The translations under genes were made by a program, and so were the position numbers. Shown piece after piece: positions 41,601-50,990 of a DNA stretch of 64,000 bases. The DNA is from Thermodesulfobacteriota bacterium (GTDB lineage Bacteria; Desulfobacterota_D; UBA1144), in NCBI GenBank assembly GCA_029246845.1, contig JAQWMJ010000040.1, forward strand, positions 10,763-74,762, given 5' to 3'. Below the pieces are notes generated by a model that saw only the letters and a program-made list of their open reading frames with translations, was not told the DNA's origin and searched no databases. Position 1 is the stretch's first letter. The number at the start of each line of letters is the position of its first letter.

Positions 41601-43037
41601 TTATTTAGCTTTAGAAATTATTGCTGTGCCCAAATCACGGAATATGTACTTATGAAAAGGAAAGATCGAATACCAATACAAATACCCCCAAATACCTTTA
41701 GGCTCAAATATAGCTGATATTACAAGGAAGGTTTTTGAATTATGAGGAATAGATTCAAGCTTAAGCCATGCTTCCCCGGGCGATTTTAGTGTCATTTTAA
41801 GTAATATTTTGCGGTTTTCTTCAAACTTTTCTATTCTCCAACAGTCCATAGAGTCGCCTACTTTAAGATTGCTTCTATCACTATCTTCAATTTTCTTTCC
41901 ACCAACAAGACGGTCAATAAATTTACGGAGAGTCCACAAAAAATTCCATGCAAGCCATCCATCCTTTCCACCCAAGGATGTTAGCACATTAAATAATTTC
42001 TCAGGAGATGATACGGTCTCAGTAATTCTTACCTCTTCAAAGCGTCCTCTTCTTTGAAACATTTCATATTTGGGATAAATATCTTGCTTATTCCAAGAAG
42101 TCTCAACATACTCACTTTTAGTCTTCTCAAAAGCTGACTTAATCGAATCATCAAAACATAAAAGTTTAATTTCAGGGAAGAACTCTAAAGCTTTAGATGT
42201 ATCACCAACTATATTATTCACAATTCCTTTTACAATAGGCACCGCTAGTAAGTTTGTTATTGGTGTCATTAAACCAATCCACCTAGCAGCAAGTCCCGGT
42301 GCCAATACTGGAACAGGGACAATTAATCTTTTTAGACCTCTAAACTTACAATAAGAAAGCATCATATTCTTGAAAGTTATAGGTTGGGTTCCAATATCTA
42401 ATCTTCTAAGGGGTATTTTATCTATTGCTAATATTAGGTATTTTAGGACATCTCTAATACTAATGGGTCTAACAAGATGATTAATCCATTTTGGCGCAAC
42501 CATAATCGGAAGCTTTTCACAAAGATGCCTTAGCATTTCGTAGGAAGCTGATCCTGATCCAATGATTGGACCAGCACAGAACTCAGTCGTTGGAAGATTG
42601 TCTGACAGGATCTTTCCTACCTCAATTCTACTATTTAGATGATCTGAGATTTGAGGGCCATCCGGCGATATTCCTCCCAAGTAAATAACATGCTTGATAT
42701 CCTTAAATAAAGTAACAAAATTCTCAGCTACGAGTCTGTCCAAGGCTATGTAATCTTGTGAGTCGGACATAGAATGAATTAGATAATATGCTTGATCTAC
42801 ACCATCAGGTAATCCATTTAATGTTTCAATTTTAGTCAAATCACCTTCAAAGACTTCAACCTGAGAGTACCATGATTTATTTTTAATTTTTTCTTTATCT
42901 CTAACTAAGACTCTGACCGTGAGATTATTACTTAAGAGCCTAGGAATAAGTCTGCCTCCTATATAGCCTGTGGCTCCAGTCACAAGAATTCTGGCATTTT
43001 TAGTTGTTAGCTTTATTGGATTATGGAACTCATTCAT
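41601..43037 (-). CDS. NAD(P)-binding SDR/epimerase-like domain fused to a DUF2867-type C-terminal domain
   Basis: 478 aa. N-terminal Rossmann ILVTGATGYIGGRL (atypical-SDR / NmrA-like). C-terminal about 170 aa of different composition (WRIEKFEENRKILLKMTLKSPGEAWLKL...), typical of the SDR+DUF2867 architecture. Confidence 0.65.
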   Translation of the reverse strand: MNEFHNPIKLTTKNARILVTGATGYIGGRLIPRLLSNNLTVRVLVRDKEKIKNKSWYSQVEVFEGDLTKIETLNGLPDGVDQAYYLIHSMSDSQDYIALDRLVAENFVTLFKDIKHVIYLGGISPDGPQISDHLNSRIEVGKILSDNLPTTEFCAGPIIGSGSASYEMLRHLCEKLPIMVAPKWINHLVRPISIRDVLKYLILAIDKIPLRRLDIGTQPITFKNMMLSYCKFRGLKRLIVPVPVLAPGLAARWIGLMTPITNLLAVPIVKGIVNNIVGDTSKALEFFPEIKLLCFDDSIKSAFEKTKSEYVETSWNKQDIYPKYEMFQRRGRFEEVRITETVSSPEKLFNVLTSLGGKDGWLAWNFLWTLRKFIDRLVGGKKIEDSDRSNLKVGDSMDCWRIEKFEENRKILLKMTLKSPGEAWLKLESIPHNSKTFLVISAIFEPKGIWGYLYWYSIFPFHKYIFRDLGTAIISKAK

Positions 43038-43097
43038 ATATGTATATATTAACTAATTTTTTGAAATAGCTAATTTTAGAATATAATTAAACTTAAT

Positions 43098-44174
43098 ATG
43101 AATCTACTCAATAATTCATTTACCAATTATATGTTTTTGGATAACTATGTATGGGAATGGATCTTGGCAATTGTAATAACTCTTACAATATATGCTTTTT
43201 TAGTTTTCATAAAGAAAATTGCAGAAAAAAGATTGAAGACGTTTGCGCAGAAAACATCTACCAATTTAGATGACTATCTGCTTGAAATGCTTTCCTCAAT
43301 TTCAAAAATTTTTATTTTCTTAAGTGCAATAAATATTGGTAGCAATATAGTCACATTAAATGAAAATGTGAATAGTGTTTTAAGTCATGCCTTTCTTCTA
43401 ATACTTTTCTGGCAAATAACTAGATGGATTGTCTTGGTTACAAATATAATCTTCACCAGATATAAAAAGATAAAAGAAACAAATGACGATATGCATGGGG
43501 TAACTGCAATAAATGGCCTAACAGCTATATCTAAATTTATAATCTGGCTTATTTTTCTTATGCTAGCCATGGACAACTTAGGAGTAGATATAACTGCCCT
43601 AGTTGCTGGTCTTGGTATAGGTGGTCTTGCAATTGCATTAGCTGCACAAAGTATACTTGGTGACCTATTTGCTTCTCTTACAATCATGATAGATAAGCCA
43701 ATTGCGATAGGTGACTATGTTGTAGTTGACGATTTTATGGGGAATGTAAAAGCCATTGGAATCAAAAGCACAAAGCTGGAAAGTCTGACTGGTGAAGAAA
43801 TTATTATATCGAATTCAGATTTATTAAATTCAAGGTTAAGAAATTATCACCAGTCAAGGATGAAAAAGAGAAGAAGCAGTATGAAAATAGGTATTGTATA
43901 TGAAACCGATTTTAATGAATTAAAAAGGATTCAAGAAATATTAAGAGAGATAGTTAAATCAAATCCAAAAACAGAATATATAAGGGCCATCTTCACAAAC
44001 TTTGGGGACTTCTCTCTTGATTTTGAGCTTACTTATAATGTTCTAAGTCCAGACTATGAAACTTTAACTGAAATAAATCATGAAATTAGACTTAAGATTT
44101 TTGAAACTTTTGAAAAAGAAGGTCTTAAGTTTGCATACCCAACGCGAACTGTCCATCTGACTAAAGAAAACTAA
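43098..44174 (+). CDS. Mechanosensitive ion channel family protein (MscS-like)
   Basis: 358 aa. 3-4 N-terminal TM helices, then the MscS pore helix/beta-domain region ...LAIALAAQSILGDLFASLTIMIDKPIAIGDYVVVDDFMGNVKAIGIKSTKL... (conserved MscS TM3-beta domain). Confidence 0.85.
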   Translation: MNLLNNSFTNYMFLDNYVWEWILAIVITLTIYAFLVFIKKIAEKRLKTFAQKTSTNLDDYLLEMLSSISKIFIFLSAINIGSNIVTLNENVNSVLSHAFLLILFWQITRWIVLVTNIIFTRYKKIKETNDDMHGVTAINGLTAISKFIIWLIFLMLAMDNLGVDITALVAGLGIGGLAIALAAQSILGDLFASLTIMIDKPIAIGDYVVVDDFMGNVKAIGIKSTKLESLTGEEIIISNSDLLNSRLRNYHQSRMKKRRSSMKIGIVYETDFNELKRIQEILREIVKSNPKTEYIRAIFTNFGDFSLDFELTYNVLSPDYETLTEINHEIRLKIFETFEKEGLKFAYPTRTVHLTKEN

Positions 44175-44247
44175 TAGAACCAATCATCTTTTCTTAACAT
44201 GTAAAAATATAATTTGTTTTAAAAGTATATATATTCTATTATTTTTT

Positions 44248-45633
44248 ATGGTTAAAAAACTATGGGGTGGAAGATTTCAAAATGCTACTAATGCTGATGC
44301 AGAGAACTTCACCTCTTCTATTGATGTAGACAAAGATTTATATAATTTTGATATTTTGGGCTCTATTGCTCATGTCGAAATGCTTTCACAGCAAAAAATT
44401 ATTTCCAAAAGCGAGAAGAGCAAAATCATAAAAGGTTTAAAAAAAATAAAAAATGAAATAGAGCTTGGTAAGTTTAATTTTTCACATGAACTAGAAGACA
44501 TACATATGAATATTGAAGATTCTCTTACTAAGAAAGTGGGCACAGCTGGTAAGAAAGTACATACTGCTAGAAGTAGAAACGATCAAGTGGTGACTGATAT
44601 TAAACTTTATATCAAAAGTATGGCTGAATCACTAAAATCAGATGTTGTAAAACTTCAAAAAAGTATTATTAAAAAATCCGAAAAAAATATAGATGTCATA
44701 ATACCTTTTTATACTCACCTCCAAAGGGCTCAACCAATATTGGCATCTCATTACTTGTTAGCTTTCTTTGAAATGTTTCTGAGAGATGCAGAAAGAATTA
44801 ACCAAACTATTCAAAGGCTTGATCAAAATCCTCTTGGTTCTTGTGCTGGAAGTGGCACATCATTCGAAATAGATAGATTTTATACATCCAAAAAATTAGG
44901 CTTTAGAGAACCCACAAGAAATAGTATTGACTCTGTAAGTGATAGAGACTATGTAATTGATACGATTTATTCATGTTCAATTATAATGATGCATCTTTCG
45001 AGATTTTGTGAGGATCTTATTGTTTGGAATAGCTCTGAGTTTAACTTTATTCAAATAGGGGATGAATTTACAACAGGTTCAAGCATAATGCCCCAAAAGA
45101 AAAATCCAGATATTCTAGAGCTAATTAGAGGAAAATGTAGCCTTGTTTATGGTGATTTAATATCCATTCTGACGAATTTAAAGGGTTTACCTTTGAGCTA
45201 TAATAGAGATTTACAAGAAGATAAGATTCCACTTTTTTCAGCTTTAGAAACTTCCATCGATTGTGTTAAAATTTTCTCAAGAAATTTTGATTCAATAGAA
45301 TTTAATACAGAACATATTAAGTCAGGAATGGACTTAGGTTTTCTTACAGCAACAGACCTTGCTGACTATCTCGCAAGGAACGATGTACCTTTTAGAAAAG
45401 CGCATCATATTACAGGGAATATTGTAGCTTATTGTGAAAAAAATAATAAAAATCTTAGTTCTTTAAGCCTTCTTGAATTCCAAAAATTCTCAAAGGTTAT
45501 CAAAAAGGATGTTTTTAATTTCATATCGATTGAAAATTCTGTTGCCTCCAAAAAATCATATGGTGGAACTTCGAAAGAGAATGTAAAAAAAATGATAGCT
45601 AAATATAAAAAGATTTTATTAAAGTCGAAGTAA
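44248..45633 (+). CDS. argH: Argininosuccinate lyase
   Basis: 461 aa. N-terminal KLWGGRF. Fumarate-lyase signature GSSIMPQKKNP. Collinear with ArgH. Confidence 0.9.
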   Translation: MVKKLWGGRFQNATNADAENFTSSIDVDKDLYNFDILGSIAHVEMLSQQKIISKSEKSKIIKGLKKIKNEIELGKFNFSHELEDIHMNIEDSLTKKVGTAGKKVHTARSRNDQVVTDIKLYIKSMAESLKSDVVKLQKSIIKKSEKNIDVIIPFYTHLQRAQPILASHYLLAFFEMFLRDAERINQTIQRLDQNPLGSCAGSGTSFEIDRFYTSKKLGFREPTRNSIDSVSDRDYVIDTIYSCSIIMMHLSRFCEDLIVWNSSEFNFIQIGDEFTTGSSIMPQKKNPDILELIRGKCSLVYGDLISILTNLKGLPLSYNRDLQEDKIPLFSALETSIDCVKIFSRNFDSIEFNTEHIKSGMDLGFLTATDLADYLARNDVPFRKAHHITGNIVAYCEKNNKNLSSLSLLEFQKFSKVIKKDVFNFISIENSVASKKSYGGTSKENVKKMIAKYKKILLKSK

Positions 45634-45635
45634 AG

Positions 45636-45676
45636 AAGCTGCAGAATTAGCATTAACTTGAGCTTAAATTTTTTTT
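45636..45676 (+). terminator. Candidate intrinsic terminator after argH
   Basis: Imperfect 9-bp stem AAGCTGCAG / CTTGAGCTT (45636-45644 / 45657-45665) with a 12-nt loop, followed by AAA then T8 (45669-45676). Confidence 0.35.
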
Positions 45677-45691
45677 GTTTACAATAATTTT

Positions 45692-46051
45692 ATGAGTATT
45701 TTGAAAAGTTTTAAAAACAAAGCTACAAAGCGTGACTACGAAATTAATATTTCATGTCCTGAATTTACATCCCTATGTCCAGCAACAGGTCAACCAGATT
45801 TTGCAGAAATTAAAATATTATACGTACCCCATGAAAAGTGTATAGAGCTAAAATCTCTAAAACAATATATTAATTCTTATAGGAATGTAGGAGAGTTCCA
45901 TGAGCATGTAACTAACAAAATACTAGATGATATTATCCTCACTTGTAAACCGAAATATGCAAAAGTAATTGGAGATTTTAATATAAGGGGGGGAATTAAG
46001 ACAATTGTTGAAGCAGAGTATAAAAAGGGATCGCGAAAGAAAAAAAGTTAG
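45692..46051 (+). CDS. queF: NADPH-dependent 7-cyano-7-deazaguanine (preQ0) reductase, short YkvM-type
   Basis: 119 aa. QueF motifs CPEFTSLCPATGQPDFA and downstream E(F/L)H... (GEFHEHV). Length matches the unimodular QueF subfamily. Confidence 0.9.
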   Translation: MSILKSFKNKATKRDYEINISCPEFTSLCPATGQPDFAEIKILYVPHEKCIELKSLKQYINSYRNVGEFHEHVTNKILDDIILTCKPKYAKVIGDFNIRGGIKTIVEAEYKKGSRKKKS

Positions 46052-46829
46052 CTATTTTATCTTTGGTTTAATTTTCTTAGTTTTAATAGTTTTATCTATT
46101 TTTCCCGATTCTTTGGCACCTTTTTCTCCCTCGGAGTCAAACTATGATCAACTACTCAAGGAACCCTCAAAATTAAACTTATTCGGTACAGATGAGCTTG
46201 GAAGAGATATTCTAAGTCGTATCATATATGGAACAAGAGTTTCACTTTCTGTTGCTTTATTCACTTCAATCATATCGCTAGTTTTTGGAACAATTTATGG
46301 ATTATTTTCAGGAATAAAAGGGGGAATAATAGATGAGATTTTGATGAAAATTGTTGATATCTTTTATTCTATTCCAGACCTGCTATTAATTTCCATCTTC
46401 ATCTTACTATTTGGTCGAGGTACAACTGGAATTATATTAGCTCTTTCGTTATTAAGCTGGATGAGAATTGCTAGAATAACTAGAGCAAATGTAATTGAGC
46501 TTAAAAATAGACCATTTGTCTTAAGTGCAAAAGTAATGGGATTTAGTGATACTAGGATTGTATTCAAAGAGATTCTTCCTAATATATTAGCCCCTATAAT
46601 TGTTACTTTTAGCTTCACCATTCCTTCCTCTATACTTGCTGAGTCAACTTTAAGTTTTTTAGGTTTAGGAATTTCACCACCAGAAGTAAGTTGGGGGTTG
46701 ATGGCAAATAATGGTTGGCAAGGTATCAGGAGTTTCCCACACCTAATAGTTTTCCCATGTCTGGCTATTTTTATTTCTACAATTACATTTATAAAAATAG
46801 GAGAGTTTATGAAGGAGAAAGCTGAATGA
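46005..46829 (+). CDS. ABC transporter permease, OppC/DppC-like (peptide/nickel family), apparently orphan
   Basis: 274 aa from a TTG at 46005 (no ATG exists; the true start is uncertain and would overlap the queF 3' end). N-terminal periplasmic LAPFSPSES (LAPYDP-like). Six TM helices. EAA-like loop ...LSAKVMGFSDTRIVFKEILPNILAPII. No oppB, ATPase or SBP gene adjacent. Confidence 0.7.
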   Translation: MLKQSIKRDRERKKVSYFIFGLIFLVLIVLSIFPDSLAPFSPSESNYDQLLKEPSKLNLFGTDELGRDILSRIIYGTRVSLSVALFTSIISLVFGTIYGLFSGIKGGIIDEILMKIVDIFYSIPDLLLISIFILLFGRGTTGIILALSLLSWMRIARITRANVIELKNRPFVLSAKVMGFSDTRIVFKEILPNILAPIIVTFSFTIPSSILAESTLSFLGLGISPPEVSWGLMANNGWQGIRSFPHLIVFPCLAIFISTITFIKIGEFMKEKAE

Positions 46830-48766
46830 AAACAATTATAATTATTCTTCTATTTTTTATTCTTTCAATCTCATCATTCTCTTATCAGAATTGTAGTGAA
46901 TTAAATAATAATCTTGCGAAGTCTGAATGTTTTAAGTCTAGTAACAAAAATAAAGAAGCTTTAAATAGTATTAACAAACTTCAGGGATCTTTAATAGAAC
47001 TTGAAACGATTCAAGACTTTTTAGATTTTAAGAAGATTCAGTTTTTAATAAAATCAAAAGATATTAGCTTAAGCCTTGAAAAGTTTAAGCTTAATTATCC
47101 TGAATCAAATCTAACTAAAAAAATTGAGCTTATAAAAGCAGAGGCTTTACTAAATGAAGGGTTCAATGAAGATTTAGTGGAGGTACTTAGTCAAATAGAA
47201 AAACAATATAAGCTGTCAGTGAAAGATAAACTAATGATTAAATACTTAAAAGGTCTGAGCTTCTATAAAACACAGAAATATAATGAATCCTTTAAATTAA
47301 TTAAACAGTTAGCAATTAATGACCCTCAATTTAAATCAAAGCAAGTAAATGAGACTCTTTATAAACTTAAAAGCAATCATTCATTTAAACTTAGTAAAGA
47401 TGAAAAAACTACTAGGCTCCATAACCTTCATAAAAGAAATATGTATTCAATTTTCATGAAAGAATATGATGATAAGTTATCTGTTCTACTAAGAATAAAG
47501 AAAAGTTTAATAATGATTAAATCAAAAAATAGTAAAAAAGGGTTCGAAATCTTAGAAAAAATAGCTGCCGGACAATTTACTGATTCTGGATCACAGTCAA
47601 TCAATCTCGAAGCAATTGCTGAATCTAAATATAGACTATTATTATTCAAACTAAAAAGTACGAATAATAATTCATTGCTGGCAAAAGAACTGCAGTCAAT
47701 CCTAACAAACTATCCTAATTTCAGTAAAAACAGTGCAGTAGGTTATTTATCAGCAAGGCTGTTTACAATTGATAAAGAATATAAACAAGGAATAAAGGTC
47801 TACAACTGGCTTATTAAAACAAAGTCTAAGGGGTATGTTGATAAATCCTTTTATGGCCTTGGTTTCTCAGAATATATGCTAGGGAATTATAAGGAAGCAA
47901 TGGGATATTTTAGATCTCTAAAAGAGTCCGACGAATCATACTATAGACAATTGGGAAGCTTTTGGACAGGTAAATCATTATTGAAATTAGAAGATAAAAC
48001 TTTGGCATTAAAAGAATTTAAAAATCTTTCCGATAAATATGATATTGGTTATTACTCATATCTCGCGTCAACGAAAATTAACAGTAAAAAAATTAGAAAA
48101 ACTTACAAAAAAGTTAAGTCAAATAGTTATATTGGAGATATTACTCTTTTAAAATATGCCAATGAATATGGTCCACTAAGAAAAGAAGTGGAAAACTATA
48201 TAAGAAACAAGATTAATAAATCAAATTATAATTCATATCTTTCTGCTTTAGACGATGCAGGTGAGTTTAATCTATGTATAAAGATTTCTTATAGTTACAA
48301 TTCTCATAACTACTACAAATATCCTAGAGGATATAAGTCTATAGTGAGCAAATATTCAAAAAAATATGGTGTTGATCCTTATCTAATTTTCGCACTTATA
48401 AGAGAAGAAAGTTTATTCAATCCATTAGCTAAATCATGGGTTGGAGCCAAAGGATTAATGCAACTTATGAATAAAACTGCTAATTCATTAGATAGAGAGT
48501 TAAATATAAAATCAAATCTATTCAACCCTGAAGATAATATTAATCTGGGAACTTTCTATTTAATGAAACTAATGAAACGTTTCGATAATAATATCCCTAG
48601 TGTTCTTGCAGCATATAATGGGGGCCCTCATAATGTAGAGTTATGGAGAGAGAAATTTGCAGGAGTTGATGATGAAGAATTTGTTGAAAATATTCCATTT
48701 AAAGAGACACATGGGTACGTAAAGAGAATATTAAGAAGCTATCACTATTATAAAAATAACTACTAA
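46826..48766 (+). CDS. slt: Soluble lytic murein transglycosylase (Slt-like: signal peptide, superhelical TPR-like domain, C-terminal SLT domain)
   Basis: 646 aa. Signal peptide MKTIIIILLFFILSISSFS. C-terminal SLT domain with catalytic-Glu motif IREESLFNPLAKSWVGAKGLMQLM and AYNGG motif (LAAYNGGPHNV). 4-nt overlap with the permease stop. Confidence 0.85.
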   Translation: MKTIIIILLFFILSISSFSYQNCSELNNNLAKSECFKSSNKNKEALNSINKLQGSLIELETIQDFLDFKKIQFLIKSKDISLSLEKFKLNYPESNLTKKIELIKAEALLNEGFNEDLVEVLSQIEKQYKLSVKDKLMIKYLKGLSFYKTQKYNESFKLIKQLAINDPQFKSKQVNETLYKLKSNHSFKLSKDEKTTRLHNLHKRNMYSIFMKEYDDKLSVLLRIKKSLIMIKSKNSKKGFEILEKIAAGQFTDSGSQSINLEAIAESKYRLLLFKLKSTNNNSLLAKELQSILTNYPNFSKNSAVGYLSARLFTIDKEYKQGIKVYNWLIKTKSKGYVDKSFYGLGFSEYMLGNYKEAMGYFRSLKESDESYYRQLGSFWTGKSLLKLEDKTLALKEFKNLSDKYDIGYYSYLASTKINSKKIRKTYKKVKSNSYIGDITLLKYANEYGPLRKEVENYIRNKINKSNYNSYLSALDDAGEFNLCIKISYSYNSHNYYKYPRGYKSIVSKYSKKYGVDPYLIFALIREESLFNPLAKSWVGAKGLMQLMNKTANSLDRELNIKSNLFNPEDNINLGTFYLMKLMKRFDNNIPSVLAAYNGGPHNVELWREKFAGVDDEEFVENIPFKETHGYVKRILRSYHYYKNNY

Positions 48767-49371
48767 GAGATTTTTGAAAAGTTTCTCAAAACCTCTAATC
48801 CTACGTTGCTGCTTTTTTCAGGATGAAATTGTGTTGCATAGATATTGTCAGAACTAATTGAAGAAGCAAAGTCATCTCCATAGTTAGAAATAGAGTCTGT
48901 TATTTTAGAGTCGACATTAGACTTAAAAGAATGTACAAAATAGAACCAACTCCTATTGGGAATCCCTTTGAAAAGTCTAGAGTTACCTTTAAATTCAACC
49001 TGATTCCAACCCATGTGTGGAACTTTAAGTTTTTTTGATTCAAACTCAATTTTATCTACGGACCCTTTAAAAAAAGAAAATCCCATAGAACCAGGACTTT
49101 CCTCACTATTTTCAAACAAAATCTGAAGACCAAGGCATATTCCAAGAAAAGGTTTACCTTTTTTAATCGAATCTTTAATAGGTTCAAAAATCTTTTTGTC
49201 CTCCAAATTTTTAATGCAATCTCCAAAAGATCCAACACCAGGGAAAATAATAGAGCTGGCGTCTTCTATTTCTTTTTTTTGATCAGTAATTTTAGAGTCT
49301 ATTGATAGTAGACTTAAAGCTTTTGAAACTGATTTTAAGTTTCCAAAACCATAATCAACTATCGCAATCAT
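48763..49371 (-). CDS. hisH: Imidazole glycerol phosphate synthase, glutamine amidotransferase subunit
   Basis: 202 aa. Class-I GATase triad context GICLGLQ (Cys nucleophile) and HPEKS. MIAIVDYGFGNLKSV N-terminus typical of HisH. Confidence 0.9.
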   Translation of the reverse strand: MIAIVDYGFGNLKSVSKALSLLSIDSKITDQKKEIEDASSIIFPGVGSFGDCIKNLEDKKIFEPIKDSIKKGKPFLGICLGLQILFENSEESPGSMGFSFFKGSVDKIEFESKKLKVPHMGWNQVEFKGNSRLFKGIPNRSWFYFVHSFKSNVDSKITDSISNYGDDFASSISSDNIYATQFHPEKSSNVGLEVLRNFSKIS

Positions 49372-49958
49372 TAGAGGTTGCCTTTAGTTGAAGGTATTGA
49401 ATCAGACCTTGAATCAATCGAAGTAGCAGAATCAAGAGACCTCGCTACTGACTTGAATATCGATTCAATAATATGATGATTATTTGCACCATATTTCAGT
49501 TCGATATGTATATTGGCTTTAATATTATTTGTAAACGATTGAAAAAACTCCTTTGTAAGCTCAACATCAAATTCACCAACTTTAGAAGCTGGTAGCTCGA
49601 CATTGAACACAAAGAAAGGTCTATTACACAAATCAACTACTGACGAAGAAAGAGTCTCATCAAAAGGTATAGTACTAGATCCATATCTTTGAATTGACTT
49701 CTTATCTCCTAAGGCCTGATCAAAAGCTTGACCTAGAGTGATTCCAACATCTTCAACAGTATGATGAAAGTCTATTTCAGTATCTCCATCAGCCTCAATT
49801 TTTAAATCAAAGTACCCATGCTTTGATAATTGCTCTAGCATGTGGTCAAAGAAAGCAATGCCAGTATTAATCGAATAATTCCCAGTTCCATCAAGATTCA
49901 GCTCAACAGAAACCTTAACTTCACTAGTTTCTCTTTTAACTTTTGCTATTCTATTCAT
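49371..49958 (-). CDS. hisB: Imidazoleglycerol-phosphate dehydratase
   Basis: 195 aa. Conserved ...GIAFFDHMLEQLSKHGYFDLKIEADGD...DFHHTVEDVGITLGQA... and ...NHHIIESIFKSVARSL. Monofunctional (no phosphatase domain). Confidence 0.9.
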   Translation of the reverse strand: MNRIAKVKRETSEVKVSVELNLDGTGNYSINTGIAFFDHMLEQLSKHGYFDLKIEADGDTEIDFHHTVEDVGITLGQAFDQALGDKKSIQRYGSSTIPFDETLSSSVVDLCNRPFFVFNVELPASKVGEFDVELTKEFFQSFTNNIKANIHIELKYGANNHHIIESIFKSVARSLDSATSIDSRSDSIPSTKGNL

Positions 49959-50000
49959 TATTTGATGTTAAACCAAAAAATATTATTATTCAATTTAGTC

Positions 50001-50990
50001 TTAATAATCATGCTCATCTTCAATTTCACCTAAAATTTCTTCGAATATATCTTCTAAAGTCACCAAACCTAAAGCCTTATGGGCAGAACCAACTATTGCC
50101 ATATGTGATCTTGCATTTTTCATCTCATCTAATAATGATGAAACAAGAAGATCTTCATCGACAAAAAAGCATTTATCTAAGAATGAGTCAATATTTTTAT
50201 CATCATCTTCATCCAACAAGTAACATGCGTGCACAGTTCCTTTAATTTGAGATTTATTTAAATCAAATACAGGAAATCTTGAATGGCCTGTTTTCCTAAC
50301 TAGCTCTTTAATATCTTGAACTTTTTTACTAAAAGAAACTAGGACAGTTTGATCAATCGGAATCATAATATCTTTTACTGTTACCTTATCAAACAAAAGA
50401 ATTTTATTTAGGATTTTATCTCTAAATTGCTGAGAGGAACTTTCTAGAGCTGACTGAGTTTCTAGCTCATGCATCAACTCTTCTCTAGTAATCAACTTAT
50501 TCTTTGTTCCAATTATATTTACAATAAAATCTGTTAAAAATTCTATCAGAAATAAAAAAGGTTTAAATAAAACTCTAAAGAATTTAGAGAAATAAATCGT
50601 CTTTAATACAAAAAAATTGCTTTGTCTTTGAAATATCGACTTAGGTACAACTTGCCCAAAAATTACGATAAGTGGGGTTAATATCAAGACTGATGCTAGA
50701 TGAGGATCAAATTGAGGATAAGTGCTCTCTATAAAGGATGAGACCAAAACAGTATTGATTACAATGCAAAGATTCTCACCTACTAGGCTTGTTGCAACAT
50801 ATTCTTCAATTTTATTTATGGATCCCATTACAAGCTTCGCAGAGCTATCACCTGCATCAGCCTTTGATTTAATTGTTCCTTTATCACATGATAATAAAGA
50901 AATTTCTGAACCCGCAAAAATAGCCTGTATGCATAATAAAATTAAAGTAATTAATGGAAGAGTGTATATGTTAATTTTCGACCCTCTCAA
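50001..50990 (-). CDS. CNNM-type (DUF21 + CBS pair) membrane protein, short paralogue lacking the CorC/HlyC C-terminal domain
   Basis: 329 aa. Four-TM DUF21 domain, then two CBS domains (VKDIMIPIDQTVLV...; ...ARSHMAIVGSAHKALGLVTLEDIFEEILGEI). Ends directly after the CBS pair. 20-nt overlap with the upstream paralogue. Confidence 0.7.
   Translation of the reverse strand: MRGSKINIYTLPLITLILLCIQAIFAGSEISLLSCDKGTIKSKADAGDSSAKLVMGSINKIEEYVATSLVGENLCIVINTVLVSSFIESTYPQFDPHLASVLILTPLIVIFGQVVPKSIFQRQSNFFVLKTIYFSKFFRVLFKPFLFLIEFLTDFIVNIIGTKNKLITREELMHELETQSALESSSQQFRDKILNKILLFDKVTVKDIMIPIDQTVLVSFSKKVQDIKELVRKTGHSRFPVFDLNKSQIKGTVHACYLLDEDDDKNIDSFLDKCFFVDEDLLVSSLLDEMKNARSHMAIVGSAHKALGLVTLEDIFEEILGEIEDEHDY

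Noticed and set aside
45634-45691. preQ1 riboswitch upstream of queF
   Set aside because: The 58-nt spacer forms a stem followed by T8 (a terminator for argH). It lacks the preQ1-I aptamer's conserved loop and the A-rich tail with CUA. preQ1 riboswitches normally precede queCDEF or queT rather than a lone queF.
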